Made by a program: the position numbers and the translations under genes. A stretch of DNA of 63,879 nucleotides, counting the filler, from Folioceros fuciformis (Eukaryota): NCBI GenBank assembly GCA_049999805.1. It is 7 parts of 7 records of this genome, joined end to end, with 100 filler letters (N's around TTAATTAATTAA, not from the genome) between each part and the next. Parts side by side here need not be neighbours in the genome. Positions count along the whole stretch, not along the records: positions 19,129 to 47,204 come from JBNGIO010003316.1; 6 more parts are not named here. One strand, 5' to 3'. Position 1 is the first letter of the stretch. The number at the start of each line of letters is the position of its first letter. Below, piece after piece: positions 22,408 to 34,199 of this stretch. Below the pieces are notes generated by a model. It saw only the letters and a program-made list of their open reading frames with translations. It was not told the origin of the DNA and did not search any database.

Positions 22408-25400
22408 TCACAGCAGCTCCCCATATCGCTTTAACTTCCTCTCTGCTGCCCGTGCAGCAGCTCGCTCAGGAATGTACACCTTGTAGCTTACCTGCACGAG
22501 CAAATGGTCAGGGGAGTCTCATACCGCTACGGTATTGGCACCACAGACAAATTAAACTTTCGTTCAAGAAATAGTTTGTCACCAACCTCAACACTTTCTC
22601 CACCACGCAGAACGGAAAAGGTTTTTTGCTTGAACTTGGCTGCATCATTCACTGCCCGGCCTATTTTACCGGGATCGGCCACCTGTGTCAAAGAGCCTTC
22701 AGCGGATACAGTCGCCTTTAGATTGTGAGACGCATGAGAACCGTCTTGTTGATCTCTGCGCTGAGACAGATGGACACCATTCATCATGGCAGTGTTGATC
22801 CCAGAATTCCTTTGAGAGCGATCACCACCTCTGAAGGTGTCCAAAGGATGCCCACCAGAAGCCGATGCAACTTTGGAGAGCTGGCTCTGTAGTTCAACAT
22901 CCTGAGTAAGAATCGACGAGTCTGACGTCTGTACGGTAAGTGGATCTGCGATACGGGTGCAGTCCCTGTTGCTCACTGAGAGTAATCCAGCTCCATTACA
23001 TTCAGATGTTTGATTGCTAGCGGCCAACAACGAACCAGGAAGGGCTTGGACAACAGTAGAACTACTGCCAGGCAGTGCACCAACAGACACAGATTCAGTG
23101 TTTCCCACCTCAGGCTGGCCATGACTTAAGTTGTCAAGTTCTGCATTGTTCGGACTTCCAATACTTCCTTCCACATGTCTCTTAATGGCTGGACTTTCTA
23201 CGTGCCCATGACCCACGTAAGGGGCCACAGATTCGAAGTGCTTCGACACCGAAGTGCTCTTGGATGGCATCGACTCCTGTGCAAATGACATTTCTGTCGT
23301 TGGAGTGGTAAGCCTGGCCTTAGTATCCTCAACGCTGCCGCTCAAGGTAGGATGGCTGGCAAGGGGAAGATCAAAATCTCTTCTCAATTTTCTTCTTTTC
23401 TCAGATCTTGGCTGCCCCTGCGGGCTGCCTGACTCTATAGCTGACGATGATCCACCAGACGGCAGTACATTCTTGGGGATTTCAGCACCATCAGGAGTTG
23501 AGTCTGAGAGTCTGCACCCACCTTCATCCTGGTCGTTCGTGTTGTCACAGGTAAGAGCACGTGACCCAATCATACTACTAAGAGCTGTACCATCTCCACC
23601 TACCCTGCTAGGAAGCATAATGGGGACAGCATCAAATCCTTCACCGTTGAGTTTACCAGCTGATCGTGAATGTGTGGATGCTGCTGAGATGGCAGATCCC
23701 ACAGATGGTTTCTCTTTACAGCCTCGAAGGCTAACCCCTGTAGACTTGTCATAAGACTCAAGAGCACTGCGACCCTCATTGTGCTGGGTGGCCACAGGAA
23801 CTGGCATGCACTGCGGATCTATTGAGGCCTCTGACATTATCTGAAAACCACTCTTGAAAAGATTCTCATATTCGGGCCCACTACCCGCAGACACTATCCG
23901 AACATTAGTTGGGACACAGACAGAGGTTTGCACTCCCTTAGAGTTAGATGCTTCTGGACGATGTCTGTCAAAACCACAAGAATCATGAACAACATCTTTG
24001 CTGCGCGGAACTTCAATAACTTCTCCAGATTGCACTCCCCTGCCTCTAGCTTTCCTACCACTCTCTAGATGTCTCATCAAATTTGCTAAAGCTTGCTTTC
24101 GCAACCTGCTCTCTTCACTCTCAGCCTCCTCTTGCTGTCCTGCATCTACAACTTTGAATGGCTCAGGGGCCGAAGTTAATAGTGGGCATTGCTCCTCCGT
24201 CGTCACTGACTCCTTTTCCATGCAGGAAGCACCTCGGCTATTCGCTTGTACAGCATGCATGAATTTATCATCACTAACGATCAAACTATTAACATCACAA
24301 GACTGTTTCTTGGCCTTGTCTGTGCAGCGAGAACCTTTCCCTTTCCTCTGCGACGTCCCTTCCTGATTTTTCCTCTTCCTCTCTGATCTGTTTCCGCTCC
24401 TGCTACTACTTCTACAACTACCACTGCTTGGACTTGCACTCCTACTCCGATGTTCACTTCTACCCCTTCTCTTAGTCGGCGCATCAACCTCTGAGGCGAG
24501 ATAATTGCTTCTTTCCTGACGGCTCTTCTTCGACAACTTTGTCAGCTCCTCCTCTTGTGGCATATCCTGCTCGGCTGGAGACAACCTCTTCCTCTTCTTT
24601 TCCAAAATCATGTACTTTGGTGGACTACTATTCCACCTATCTACACTTCGATGCCTCCTACTATATTTCTTCTTTTTCCTGGATTTAGGCACAGGGCTTT
24701 GGCTGCCATACACCCTTGCCTCACGCTTTACATGACTTGTTCTTGCTTCCCTTCTTTTAGATCTTGATCTGTGCCCGTCACCACTAGGATCACCTTCCTC
24801 GTCAGAAGAATCAGTAAACAGAGCAGTGCTGCCAGTGGCACCCATGTTGTGTTCACCATAACTGTCTCTGTCTCGGCGGGGGCCATCTGTCTTCACGTTG
24901 TGCCTCGCTATCAACTCCTTTGCCTTGGTCTCTTTGTCATCAGAGAGTCTGTCTCGCCTTGGGAGTTCATGGTCAGACCATTGATCCACGTGCTGTGCAT
25001 TCTTGGCATTCACTGCAATTTCAAGTTGCTGCTCATTCCCAGACGCTTGGCGCTGCTTAACCACGTCATCAAAAGTAGGAATGTCTAGTCCAGCAGAAAG
25101 AAAACTCTCAATTTCCTCCACAAACTTCACGGAATTCTCAAACAAGAAAGGCTGAACTGCAGTTGACAACGCAATGCGCCAATCAGCCTCCATAGCTTTC
25201 GCCTCCTTTAACTTCCTCCCACTCTTTGTCCTGAACCAGACAACATTCAACAGAAGTTATGAGGAAACATATCGCTCAAATCAAAGCAAGTTGCTACATC
25301 TTTCTTTCCAGCAACAGTTTCCAGAGCATACCTACTTCCGTATGACTCAAGTAAACCCAAGACATGGTGAGTCAATATGTTTACGTCTTCTTCCTGAAGC

Positions 25401-26358
25401 CCACATCAGAAAACTTAAAATCCGGACTAAGCCCATCCTTCCAGTCCGTAACACATAACTCTTGAGCTTCCGGTAAGGCTACCTCCATGAGGGCTTGAAG
25501 CTCACGTTGAACCCAGCACCGCAGCCACCTGTTGCGATTAACAAGTTCAATAACATCCACGGCAGACGCACGTTTAGCCTCACTGGGGATCAGCACGGGT
25601 GCTGAACTTTGCTGAATGTGGCCTGCAGGTTCATGCAAACTACACATTGTAGAACTCCAAACATGACGAGCGGAGGACTTTCCAACCAACAAACAGGTAT
25701 CATCCAAGCGAGGGTGGCAAGGACTGCGCGTAAAATCACCCTGAGGTGACGAGTAAACGGCTTGACGGCGCAGGTGTGCCTCGGACATAGAGAACCTGCC
25801 AACACGAGCCCTCTGGTAAACCAATGCAGCATGCAACAAACAGCAGCACAAAGAGCCCCCACCAAAACAACAACCCTCAAGGAACCTTTCACCCTAGCTA
25901 CCTGGCTGAAGATGGAACGACGTAGTGCCGTTGGAATCTTTTCCCATGTAAATTATGAATGATTGACGAGTAACGGTTCTGTCAATCAGGAAACTTACAG
26001 GTAAGCAATCCCGGATGCTACTTTGCTTCATACAGAAAAACAGAAAGGAAGAACGATAACACAAGCCCAAGCCCCAAGGCCACACCGTGCACAGTGGGCA
26101 CTCCAGCCATCTAACAGGGCCATCCCCAAAGCGAGCCGCCCCCGCCGTCTCCGCCCATTGCAGAATACAGTGGTAGCAAAACTTATCTGACACCAAGAGC
26201 CACGGTTACCATCGTTCTGCTCCCTCAACAGCACACCACACAACAGCCAAACAAGGCGGGAGAAGAAGACACATACGAAAACAATGATCCAAGAACGCTT
26301 CGTTTTCGGGGGCAACGGTATCCAAGCAAATCGAACATCTCTGACTCACGTCGTCCAT
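22408..26358 (-). CDS. Topors-like C3HC4 RING E3 ligase with long Ser/Arg-rich region and C-terminal QKTFSVLRGGE..VSYKVYIP motif (8 exons)
   Basis: Spliced: MDDVSQRCSICLDTVAPENEAFLDHCF|HKFCYHC...ECPLCT|NRYSSIIHN...FQRHYV...|RFSMSEAHLRRQAVY...|...RWLRCWVQRELQALME|EEDVNILTHHVLGLLE...|...AVQPFLFENSVKFVEEIESFL...(long exon)...FKQKTFSVLRGGESVE|VSYKVYIPERAAARAAERKLKRYGELL*. Confidence 0.88.
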
Positions 26359-27627
26359 ATCTCTCCCCTCCCTCAACGGGACAACGAATACCCGAAAGTC
26401 AAGACCAAAAATTACGATCCTGCCGCTATTCCAGCTCCCCTTCCATCAGCATTCACTCCGTATTCCCGGTCCGGCAAACGCGACTCATGCAGTACATCCG
26501 AACCGCGGGCATCGCATCATGAGCTAGGGTTTCCAAAAATCACCACCAACAGCCTGTGGCAGGAGCTTCACAGCGTGCCTAAGATAAACCAGCACAAGGT
26601 GCAGCGGGAGCGTCAGATTGGTATGACCCGGAGACCGCTAGCCCAGACATCGCTGCTGAACTGCGGTACATATCGTGCTCAAATCAACGCACTCACTCCT
26701 TCCTCCGCTGGACCTCGAAACCTCTCAAATCACACATAGCACAAACGACGGACCAATCAACCAGTCTTCAACGTTTCGGAGCAGCCGGTCACAATAGAGA
26801 AAAAACCACTACAGATTTATAGGTTATGTAAGTGGTGCCAAGTTAAACGGATTTAAGCATGTATGTCTAGACGACGTGAACGAACTACATACACTAAACT
26901 ATTCATATATAATATCTTTCTAAATTTATTTTGTAAAACTATAAAGTACTATATATTTAAATATTGTAAGTTTTTACAACAAGTATCATAGATGAATGCC
27001 ACTAAATTTAATCCTTAACTTTATGTATATTTATCACCAATTTAACTACTCTAACATATTATAGTATTAAATCTCATATGGCAAAACATGAATCCGTGAC
27101 ATGGTGGAGGACAAGCCCAAGTTGCATGGCAGAGCCATGGAAGTTGAAAGGCCGATTCATTAAGCAAGAACTTGAGAACAAACATTAAAGTGCCTCCATA
27201 TGCCACTACAACCCTAAGTTGGAGCTTCAAGCCATCCCAAGCATCTTTGACACATTCCACTATCAGCCACTTCCTACACAACAATGCTATGGGTCAAGAC
27301 CTGCATCAATGTCATTGCTATCTAGCAGCACTGGCAAACCTAAGGTCTTATGGGGGACAGATCCTTCTAACATGTTTAGTCTCTCCATGTTCAAGGTTCT
27401 GGATTAGGGTTTGGTTTCTTGTAGTCAAGGTTCAACTTCTCAGTTTGACATGAGATTAAGGCAAGGCTTCAACAGAACACAGAACGAGGACAAATTGTCA
27501 AACTTCCTAAGACTTGAGAAGAAAATTGGAGAAGGCACAATTGAAGAACTGAAGAACAATCTAACAATAAGAAGAAGTGAAGAACATTGCAACTATGAGA
27601 AGCAATGAAGAACGATCAAACTATAAA

Positions 27628-27730
27628 AAGAATGATCCACCTGTAAGAAGTGAAGAACAAAGAAGAATGATCCACCTGTTAGAAGTGAAGAACAAAGAAG
27701 AATGATCCACCTCTAAGAAGTGAAGAACAA
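27628..27730 (+). repeat. 35-bp tandem repeat x3
   Basis: Unit AAGAATGATCCACCTGT(A/T)AGAAGTGAAGAACAAAG; AATGATCCAC recurs at 27631, 27666 and 27701. Confidence 0.9.
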
Positions 27731-28840
27731 TGAAGCTGCAAGCAATGCAGCTTTTCTTGCATGTAGGCCCATAGCAGCCTACGCAGCCTCCCATGGGCTT
27801 GCATTCAAAGCCTTCCTTAGGCTCAACACAAATGTGAAACTTGAGTACTTGTTGAGGTACAACTTCCATCTCCATAGGATGAGCAAGGAGACACTGTAAG
27901 CAAATGGAACATTATAGCAGAATCACAAATTTTCTCTATCTCACCAATGACCACCTTCCTTAGTGTCACCCACCTCCACTAACACTCCTCTTCAAGATCT
28001 GTAAGCGGTTTGGTTTGATGAACAAAAATGAACACATAGTACTTTTTTATTACACCTTAAGCTCTAGTTTCCATTACTATAGCAAACACAGTTTAAATAT
28101 AATACTAGTTTTTCATCTCTTTTCTCAATTAAGTCTTAAAATTCTCCATCCTAAACTTGTAGATAAAATAAATGCTTTGTCAAAATCGTGAATAAGATTG
28201 ACCATTTATCTTGATCATGTTTTATTACAACATAAGGACATAGGATCTTTATTGAGTTCTTCAAAAAAGAATAAAATACGTTATATTCTATATGATATAT
28301 TCAAAATATTCTTATTATATTGAAAAACACATTATGTTCCTCTTTATATCCATCATTTTCGTACATAAGGCTAGACACACAAATTTGAGCTTGAATTTAA
28401 GTAGTTACATGAATACATTTCTTTATGCTTATGATACACAACGGTACATCAAATAATCCATGTTTGATAAGTATGTTATTCTTTGAGGCATGTCGGGTTC
28501 AAGGCATGAAATCAAGCCGTCAAGTTGTACAACATGATTAAGATTCGCAAAATTATGCAACCTGTAAAAAGAATTGATGGAAGGAAAAATGGGAAATAAA
28601 TTAGAATCAATCAATCAATCCAACATTAACGAATCTTGTGATCTTAAAATCACAAACAACCTTTTCATAGTCTATAGCCTTAGAGCCTGTAAGATGAAAA
28701 TCGTGTTAAACTATTGTTGCGTTTCCAAAGTTTATAGCGTTCTACTGCATTTTACTTTCCGTTGATTCGTCGTTCATCAAGACCTTATTAGAACATTGTG
28801 TGCCAATGTTTCTTAAGACGTGATGGTACACCCAAAACAG

Positions 28841-29326
28841 ATGTATATATCCAAACATGCGCGCTTATTGTTTATAATCTTCCTTTACCCATTTGTAATC
28901 GTGGCACAATTATTTCCGAATGTTCAAACACGCCGTTACGAGTGTGGAGTTCGCTACACGAATAGTGCATCACAAGACTTTGTGATCAAGGCAACACAAA
29001 TTGCTGTAGATCAAGGGTATAAAAATTTTAGCAAAAAGGAGTTTCCATATTACGCAAACTTCTTCTCCGGTCCCCCTCTTAATCTTCAATGTTGGGTTGC
29101 GTTATCTTGTGATCTTGAGTCTCAATCTATGAAGTTGGAAGAAGAGTGTTTCGTTTGCCTTCAAATTCTTCGTGACGATCTCATCCTAAGACTGTGTCCA
29201 GAGGCCACTAAAGGTTACGTACTCGCCCAAGATTGTTCTTTCGAATACGTCATTGACCAAAGTTCAGATTCCACTTGTCCCGCAATGGGCTTCGGAAACC
29301 TAAATCCACAACAATATGGTGGGTAG
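28841..29326 (+). CDS. Secreted single-domain DUF26/Gnk2-like cysteine-rich protein 1
   Basis: Hydrophobic N-terminus (LLFIIFLYPFVIVA); Cys frame YEC...SC-X12-C-X2-C...LCP...GYVLAQDCSFEY; intronless. Start could be 28823. Confidence 0.75.
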   Translation: MYISKHARLLFIIFLYPFVIVAQLFPNVQTRRYECGVRYTNSASQDFVIKATQIAVDQGYKNFSKKEFPYYANFFSGPPLNLQCWVALSCDLESQSMKLEEECFVCLQILRDDLILRLCPEATKGYVLAQDCSFEYVIDQSSDSTCPAMGFGNLNPQQYGG

Positions 29327-30349
29327 TTCATCAAAGGATTGGACACAAGTTGCTTGCTATTGTGAGGTAGTTTGTGTTTGCAATACTTTTGATAACATGA
29401 TTTGCTTGAACGATAATGTTGCAGACATAGTAATAGTGGACAAAATTATTTCAAGTAAGATTTCTGTGAGAGATGATAAGCCAACATGAATATATACACA
29501 CTCACACCAAAAGTTTTGCTTACATTGTTACCATATGATTGAGTAGACAACGACATAGTTGTAATGTTAAGATAACAGAAAAACCTACTTAGTGAGGTAG
29601 TCTAAATCGCTAGCCCAAATTGACACATTTATAAGAACTATGGGATTACACATCCTAAGCCATCTCAAGGAAGCAAGTCCCTTAAAAATATAGCAGTCTA
29701 AGATGAGGAAAGGCCCACTAAGACTGACGCCTTATCTCCCTTGCTCACAACTATGTTGTAAGTAGATAAATTATTAGGAAAATATGTATTAAAAAAATGC
29801 ATACAAAATATATGGGTGACATATAACAAGTTAAATAATATTATATATATATATATAATATTTATATAACTCGTGATTCCATATTATACATATTATGAAG
29901 AGTTAATCCCTTTTATGCACACGCCTTTTAGGTTGTTCTCCTCTTTTTGGGTAGATAATTATCTCCTCTATTCTTTGAATAAAATATATTATATAAAACA
30001 TGATTGAGTTATACTTTATTTTATAGAAGAGTAAAAATAAATTTTATGATATTTTGGAATGATGATCACCTATTTCTCATATTTCATCTAATTTAGATAT
30101 TTATGAGAAATTGAATAAGTAATACAGTAATGCAAGGAAATTTCAGCACATGCATATATAAAATCGGATGATCAAATTTGAAAACAAATAGTGGGAGAAC
30201 TACAAGAAGTTGACCTACATCTTCCTAGAAGGTATATTTTGATATTTAAAATCATCATATATTATTTACATTTAGTCTCTTCATGTTACCATATGCATTG
30301 TTCTTGGCTATTTATTTCAAGACAAAATATATCTCATTTTGGAAGACAG

Positions 30350-30865
30350 ATGAACAAGACTTACACACTTTTGGAATGCTTACTTAAATCGGTATTATGT
30401 GCACAGTCGCATCTATTAGCGACGCTGATCTGTCTCCGATTTCTTGCAACTATGGAGCAACAGTTTCCTGATGTTCGAACCTTGAAGTATGAATGTGGTC
30501 CTCAGAGTACGAATGCTGCGTCAACTAGTTTCATAGCCTACGCAACACAACAAGCTATTGACAATGGAATCAAGGGATTTGTGGAGGACAAGTTTCCATA
30601 CTATACAAAACTGTACACTGGAGCTCCTACTTATTTCCAATGTTGGGTTGCACTCACTTGTTACAAACATGCAGGATCTATGGAAGTGGAAGAGCAATGT
30701 GCTATATGTCTTCAGGTCCTTAGAGATGAGCTTCTTACAAGATTTTGCTTAGGATCTAGTAGAGGTTATGTACTTGCTCCTGATTGTTATTTTGAATTTG
30801 TTTTTGATCAAAGAGTAGACTCCAAATGTCCCGTAAGTGATAAATCTATTTCGAATCCATCATAA
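30350..30865 (+). CDS. Secreted single-domain DUF26/Gnk2-like cysteine-rich protein 2
   Basis: Clear paralog of 28841-29326 (FPDVRTLKYEC, FPYY, QCWVALTC-X12-C-X2-C, GYVLAPDCYFEF). Start codon uncertain; signal peptide weaker. Confidence 0.72.
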   Translation: MNKTYTLLECLLKSVLCAQSHLLATLICLRFLATMEQQFPDVRTLKYECGPQSTNAASTSFIAYATQQAIDNGIKGFVEDKFPYYTKLYTGAPTYFQCWVALTCYKHAGSMEVEEQCAICLQVLRDELLTRFCLGSSRGYVLAPDCYFEFVFDQRVDSKCPVSDKSISNPS

Positions 30866-31199
30866 AAAGTGATATCTTGTGATAGAGGGAAGAAATGTTT
30901 TATACAATTTTTTGGTACGTAAAATAACAACTTATTTATACTCTTTATTTTTTGCTAAAAATAATAATTTATGCCATGATCTTCCAATCTTGAGATATAA
31001 GGTTTGGAGAAAAGCTAGAAAAATTGTTATTGAAACGATATACATTAAAATTTTAAATAATCATGATTATAAATTATTAGTGTATAATAATATTTATAAC
31101 TTCCTGTAAAACGATTCCCTTAGTACTATTACTATTTGATCTAATGGCTGCAAAGACTGATCTCACAAAAGTAGTCTTCAAAGTTCTGCCCTTGATGTT

Positions 31200-31901
31200 T
31201 GGAATTAACCGATTCCATTCCATGCAGGAGGCATCTTTGTCACATGAATCACAACAGCTTTGATAGAGGAGCTTAATTCCTCCATCTTGGGTGATGTGGG
31301 CTTGAGCAGACTTGACGATTTTGATTCCTATGTTTTGGAATGTGAGACCGGTCTGGTTGCAAATGTGCCTGGGGAATCGTTGTTGGAAGGAAAATTGTTG
31401 GGTTTGTTGTGGGAACGTGAGGTGCATGGTAGATGTGAGTTGCAAGCTTTCTCATCACTCTTGCGGTTCGTCCTGTCGAAGGCAAACGGGGGAAAGAGGT
31501 CAAGACGAGGCCAAAGGCATGGAGGGCGATTGGCGTAAGGCATTGTCCACAACAGTACATTCAGCCTAGCTTGATCTGAGAGTGTTGTGAAGTTCGTAGA
31601 AAAGGTCGAGGAATTCCTTGCGATGACTTCAGGCATTCCTGCTTTCGATGACACGGTCGAGCACCGGCTGGGGGCAGGGAATGACCAAGAAGTCTAACTG
31701 CAGGGAACACCAAGGATGCGTAGAACCTGGATGAGTGAAGTGTCCGTGACGGACCCCATGACGAAGAGACGAAACAAAGGACTTTGTAGTAGGCATCTCA
31801 AATCATCGCGGACAGCTTTACCGCTTTGGTTCTCCCCACTGTTGTTTAAATCTCGGACGAAGATGAAGACTTCAGCACAAGCCTGCCATCGACCTTGCCT
31901 C
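31200..31901 (+). pseudogene. Decayed inverted partial copy 1 of the Topors-like gene
   Basis: GAGGCCAAAGGCATGGAGGGCGATTGGCG...GTGAAGTTCGTAGAAAAGGTCGAG...ATTCCTGCTTTCGATGAC aligns with the EAKAMEADWR...VKFVEEIE...IPTFDD part of the parent. Retains intron sequence (TGATGTGGGCTT). Has stops and frameshifts. Confidence 0.8.
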
Positions 31902-31988
31902 CCTAGACTGGTTTCTATCACCCGAGAACTTGCCCCACAACCCGAGGCAAGGTCGGTGACAGGCTCGTGCTGAAGTTTTCATCTTCGT
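31857..31988. repeat. Inverted repeat/hairpin with 45-bp arms and 42-nt loop
   Basis: 31857-31901 versus the reverse complement of 31944-31988: 41/45 identical. Confidence 0.92.
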
Positions 31989-32999
31989 AGTCTTGGAATC
32001 GTGCAGCCTGCAAGCATCACCGGGATTGCACAGAGTTGGGTTGTCGAGCGGTTGAGTGACTCTGAGCCTCCTACGACACGCGAGAGGACCACCTCGCACG
32101 ATTGCAGACCAGACGGAAGTTAGAATCAGATGATGGTGCAAGACGAACCGTCGTGACTTCTAGACATCCTGAGTGCGTAATCTACTCTGATCAAGCATCG
32201 AGAGTGATTAAGCATCATTTGCATCTACGTTTCTCTCTTCCAAGTGTACAACTGTACATCGTTGATAGAGCGATAGGGTCTCCTACGGGCCATCGCGGGC
32301 AGAAGATACAGCAAAGATTCTGCACGAAGTAAAGTTTATGACCTTCTTGGCCATCATAGTGTCCCGGCGATGCACATGCTTTTGGCATCTCTCCTGCCAC
32401 AGTGCAGGATCTCTTCCTGGCATCATTAATGTAATTCTGACATCGCCAAGTTAGATGCCGAAAAGTACGATCACTCCAAGTGTACAACTGTACCTCACAT
32501 TTTTTCGCGGGTCGTGTGATTCTCAAATCGCCAGGTGACTCCTGGAATGTGTTTTGTGTTCCTGTTCTGTGAGAGGTTTTGCAACGGGAGATGAGATCTG
32601 TGACCGTTGGTGAAAAAAGCTGGGCCCGGCTGTCGAGTCGAGCGTGTCTCTTGCACATGGTGCGCATTCCATTCCTTTTGCGAGCCAACCCGCCTACAAA
32701 TGTCCTACAAATTATCAACAAGATTCTTGCAATGTCCGGCGCATTTCCCTCTCTGGCGAGTTTTCCATTCACGAGGCTTCGACAGCGATTTTGTAGAGGC
32801 ACGACAGTCACGCGCGTTTACGATCTGAGATCGGGACCAATGCTCCCTGACTGGCGCGAATTAATCGCGATCCAATGACACGCCAGGCAACGATACATAT
32901 AAATCGGCCTGAGCGCCCTCAGATCTTCACTCGTCTTCTCAGCTCCGCGGCAGATCGTGAGTGGTCCTTTGTTTCTACTACTTGCAGTGGCTTTCGAAG

Positions 33000-33634
33000 A
33001 TGGCAAAATCAAGAACCACAGCTGCCTTCAGGCCCACGGCCTACCGCGGTGTGATGTTGCTGCTCATGGCGGCTATGGTGCTGTTTTCCTGTTTTGCACT
33101 GACTGCGATGGCAGCTGGTGATGTCCCAGGCAGCGTCAGAATCTTTGGACCAGGCCGAAAGCTCGGTCAGTCTCGTAGGCTTCCAGTGGTGTGCATGCCT
33201 TCTTCCATTTCGCATTCGTGCAGCAGAGAAATCTACCACTCCGTGTGGCTAACTTCCATGTGCATTCCCTCCTTGTCTGTGCAGCTGGAATAGCCGATTC
33301 CGTCGCCGATGCCACCGGTGTTGTGGTCACCAGCGTCGCGAATGGCCCGTACTCTGTTAAACGTCCCTTAGGAGGATTGAGGCGATGATGAGGGAGTGCG
33401 CAGTGTGCTAGTGACGGCGGTGGTGTAGGTCCCAGTGCCGGGGCCGTCGTCGGTGCTGCTGTTGCAGTTTTGACAATTTTGGCTGATTGCTTGCTCCGCT
33501 ACACTTCGATCCTGATCTTGGTGCACTTATGGTGATCGACGTGTATTTGTACGGTTGCAGAGGTTGGAGATCTCACGGGAGATGTGCATTGCGTGCTCAA
33601 AGCTTTGTACCTGGAAGTTCTCTCCACGAAATAA
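33000..33634 (+). CDS. Small secreted precursor, paralog 1 (lacks Pro-rich tail; possibly pseudogene)
   Basis: TATA at ~32897; signal peptide then DVPGSVRIFGPGRKL|AGIADSVADATGVVVTSVAN|EVGDLTGDVHCVLKALYLEVLSTK*. The second donor reads GCCCGT where the paralog has GTGCGT. Confidence 0.55.
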
Positions 33635-34199
33635 CAGTAACGGCAATGCATGCTGAGGGGAAGAAATGATCTGTTGCTGTCTCGGCAGCCGGGAGCTGGA
33701 GCCTGCGTTGGGGCTCGATTAGGCACGGTCTTTGTGTCCTCATGTGCGAGCAGGACATGGGATGAAATACGAACTGCACCGGTGAGAGTAGATGAGGGAG
33801 GTAGCGTTCAATCCAACCAAACTCGCGTCAAATCGTTGTTCGATTTGGTGCTGGGAGTTTGCTGCATGGCACTCCACCCGGTCCACAAGAAAGTGGAGCG
33901 TTACACGAATCCTTCATCGTAGGAATGGTGGTGATGAATGTTCCATCCACAAGAGGGAAGAGTGCAAGGTAACTTTACGTGAGCATGACCGTGCTGCCGG
34001 GGTGGTTGCTAGATTTGAAACTGGGGTGGAAGCACGAATGTGTCCGCCTGGGCCCTAGGCAAACACCGAAGTTCGCCCCTATTGTGGTGAGCTTCCAGCT
34101 CTAGAAAGCACAACGCTATGCAGCACCTCTGGAAGTTAGCACGCTTTTTCCAACATCATGATCTGCAGCCCGCCATGTCCGCAGCGTCGGCTATGATTG

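Noticed and set aside
23254-25088. Several plus-strand ORFs of 70-166 aa
   Set aside because: Antisense shadows of the long Topors-like exon; the same applies to shadows over FLA, CHR, peroxidase, chitinase and CML.
27628-27730. Short tandem repeats (also 39640-39755 and 49912-50030) as possible CRISPR arrays
   Set aside because: Head-to-tail units with no unique spacers, no cas genes, eukaryotic context.
27050-27990. Possible solo LTR (also 40560-41160)
   Set aside because: Composition suggests TE remnants, but I could not identify matching termini or a TSD.
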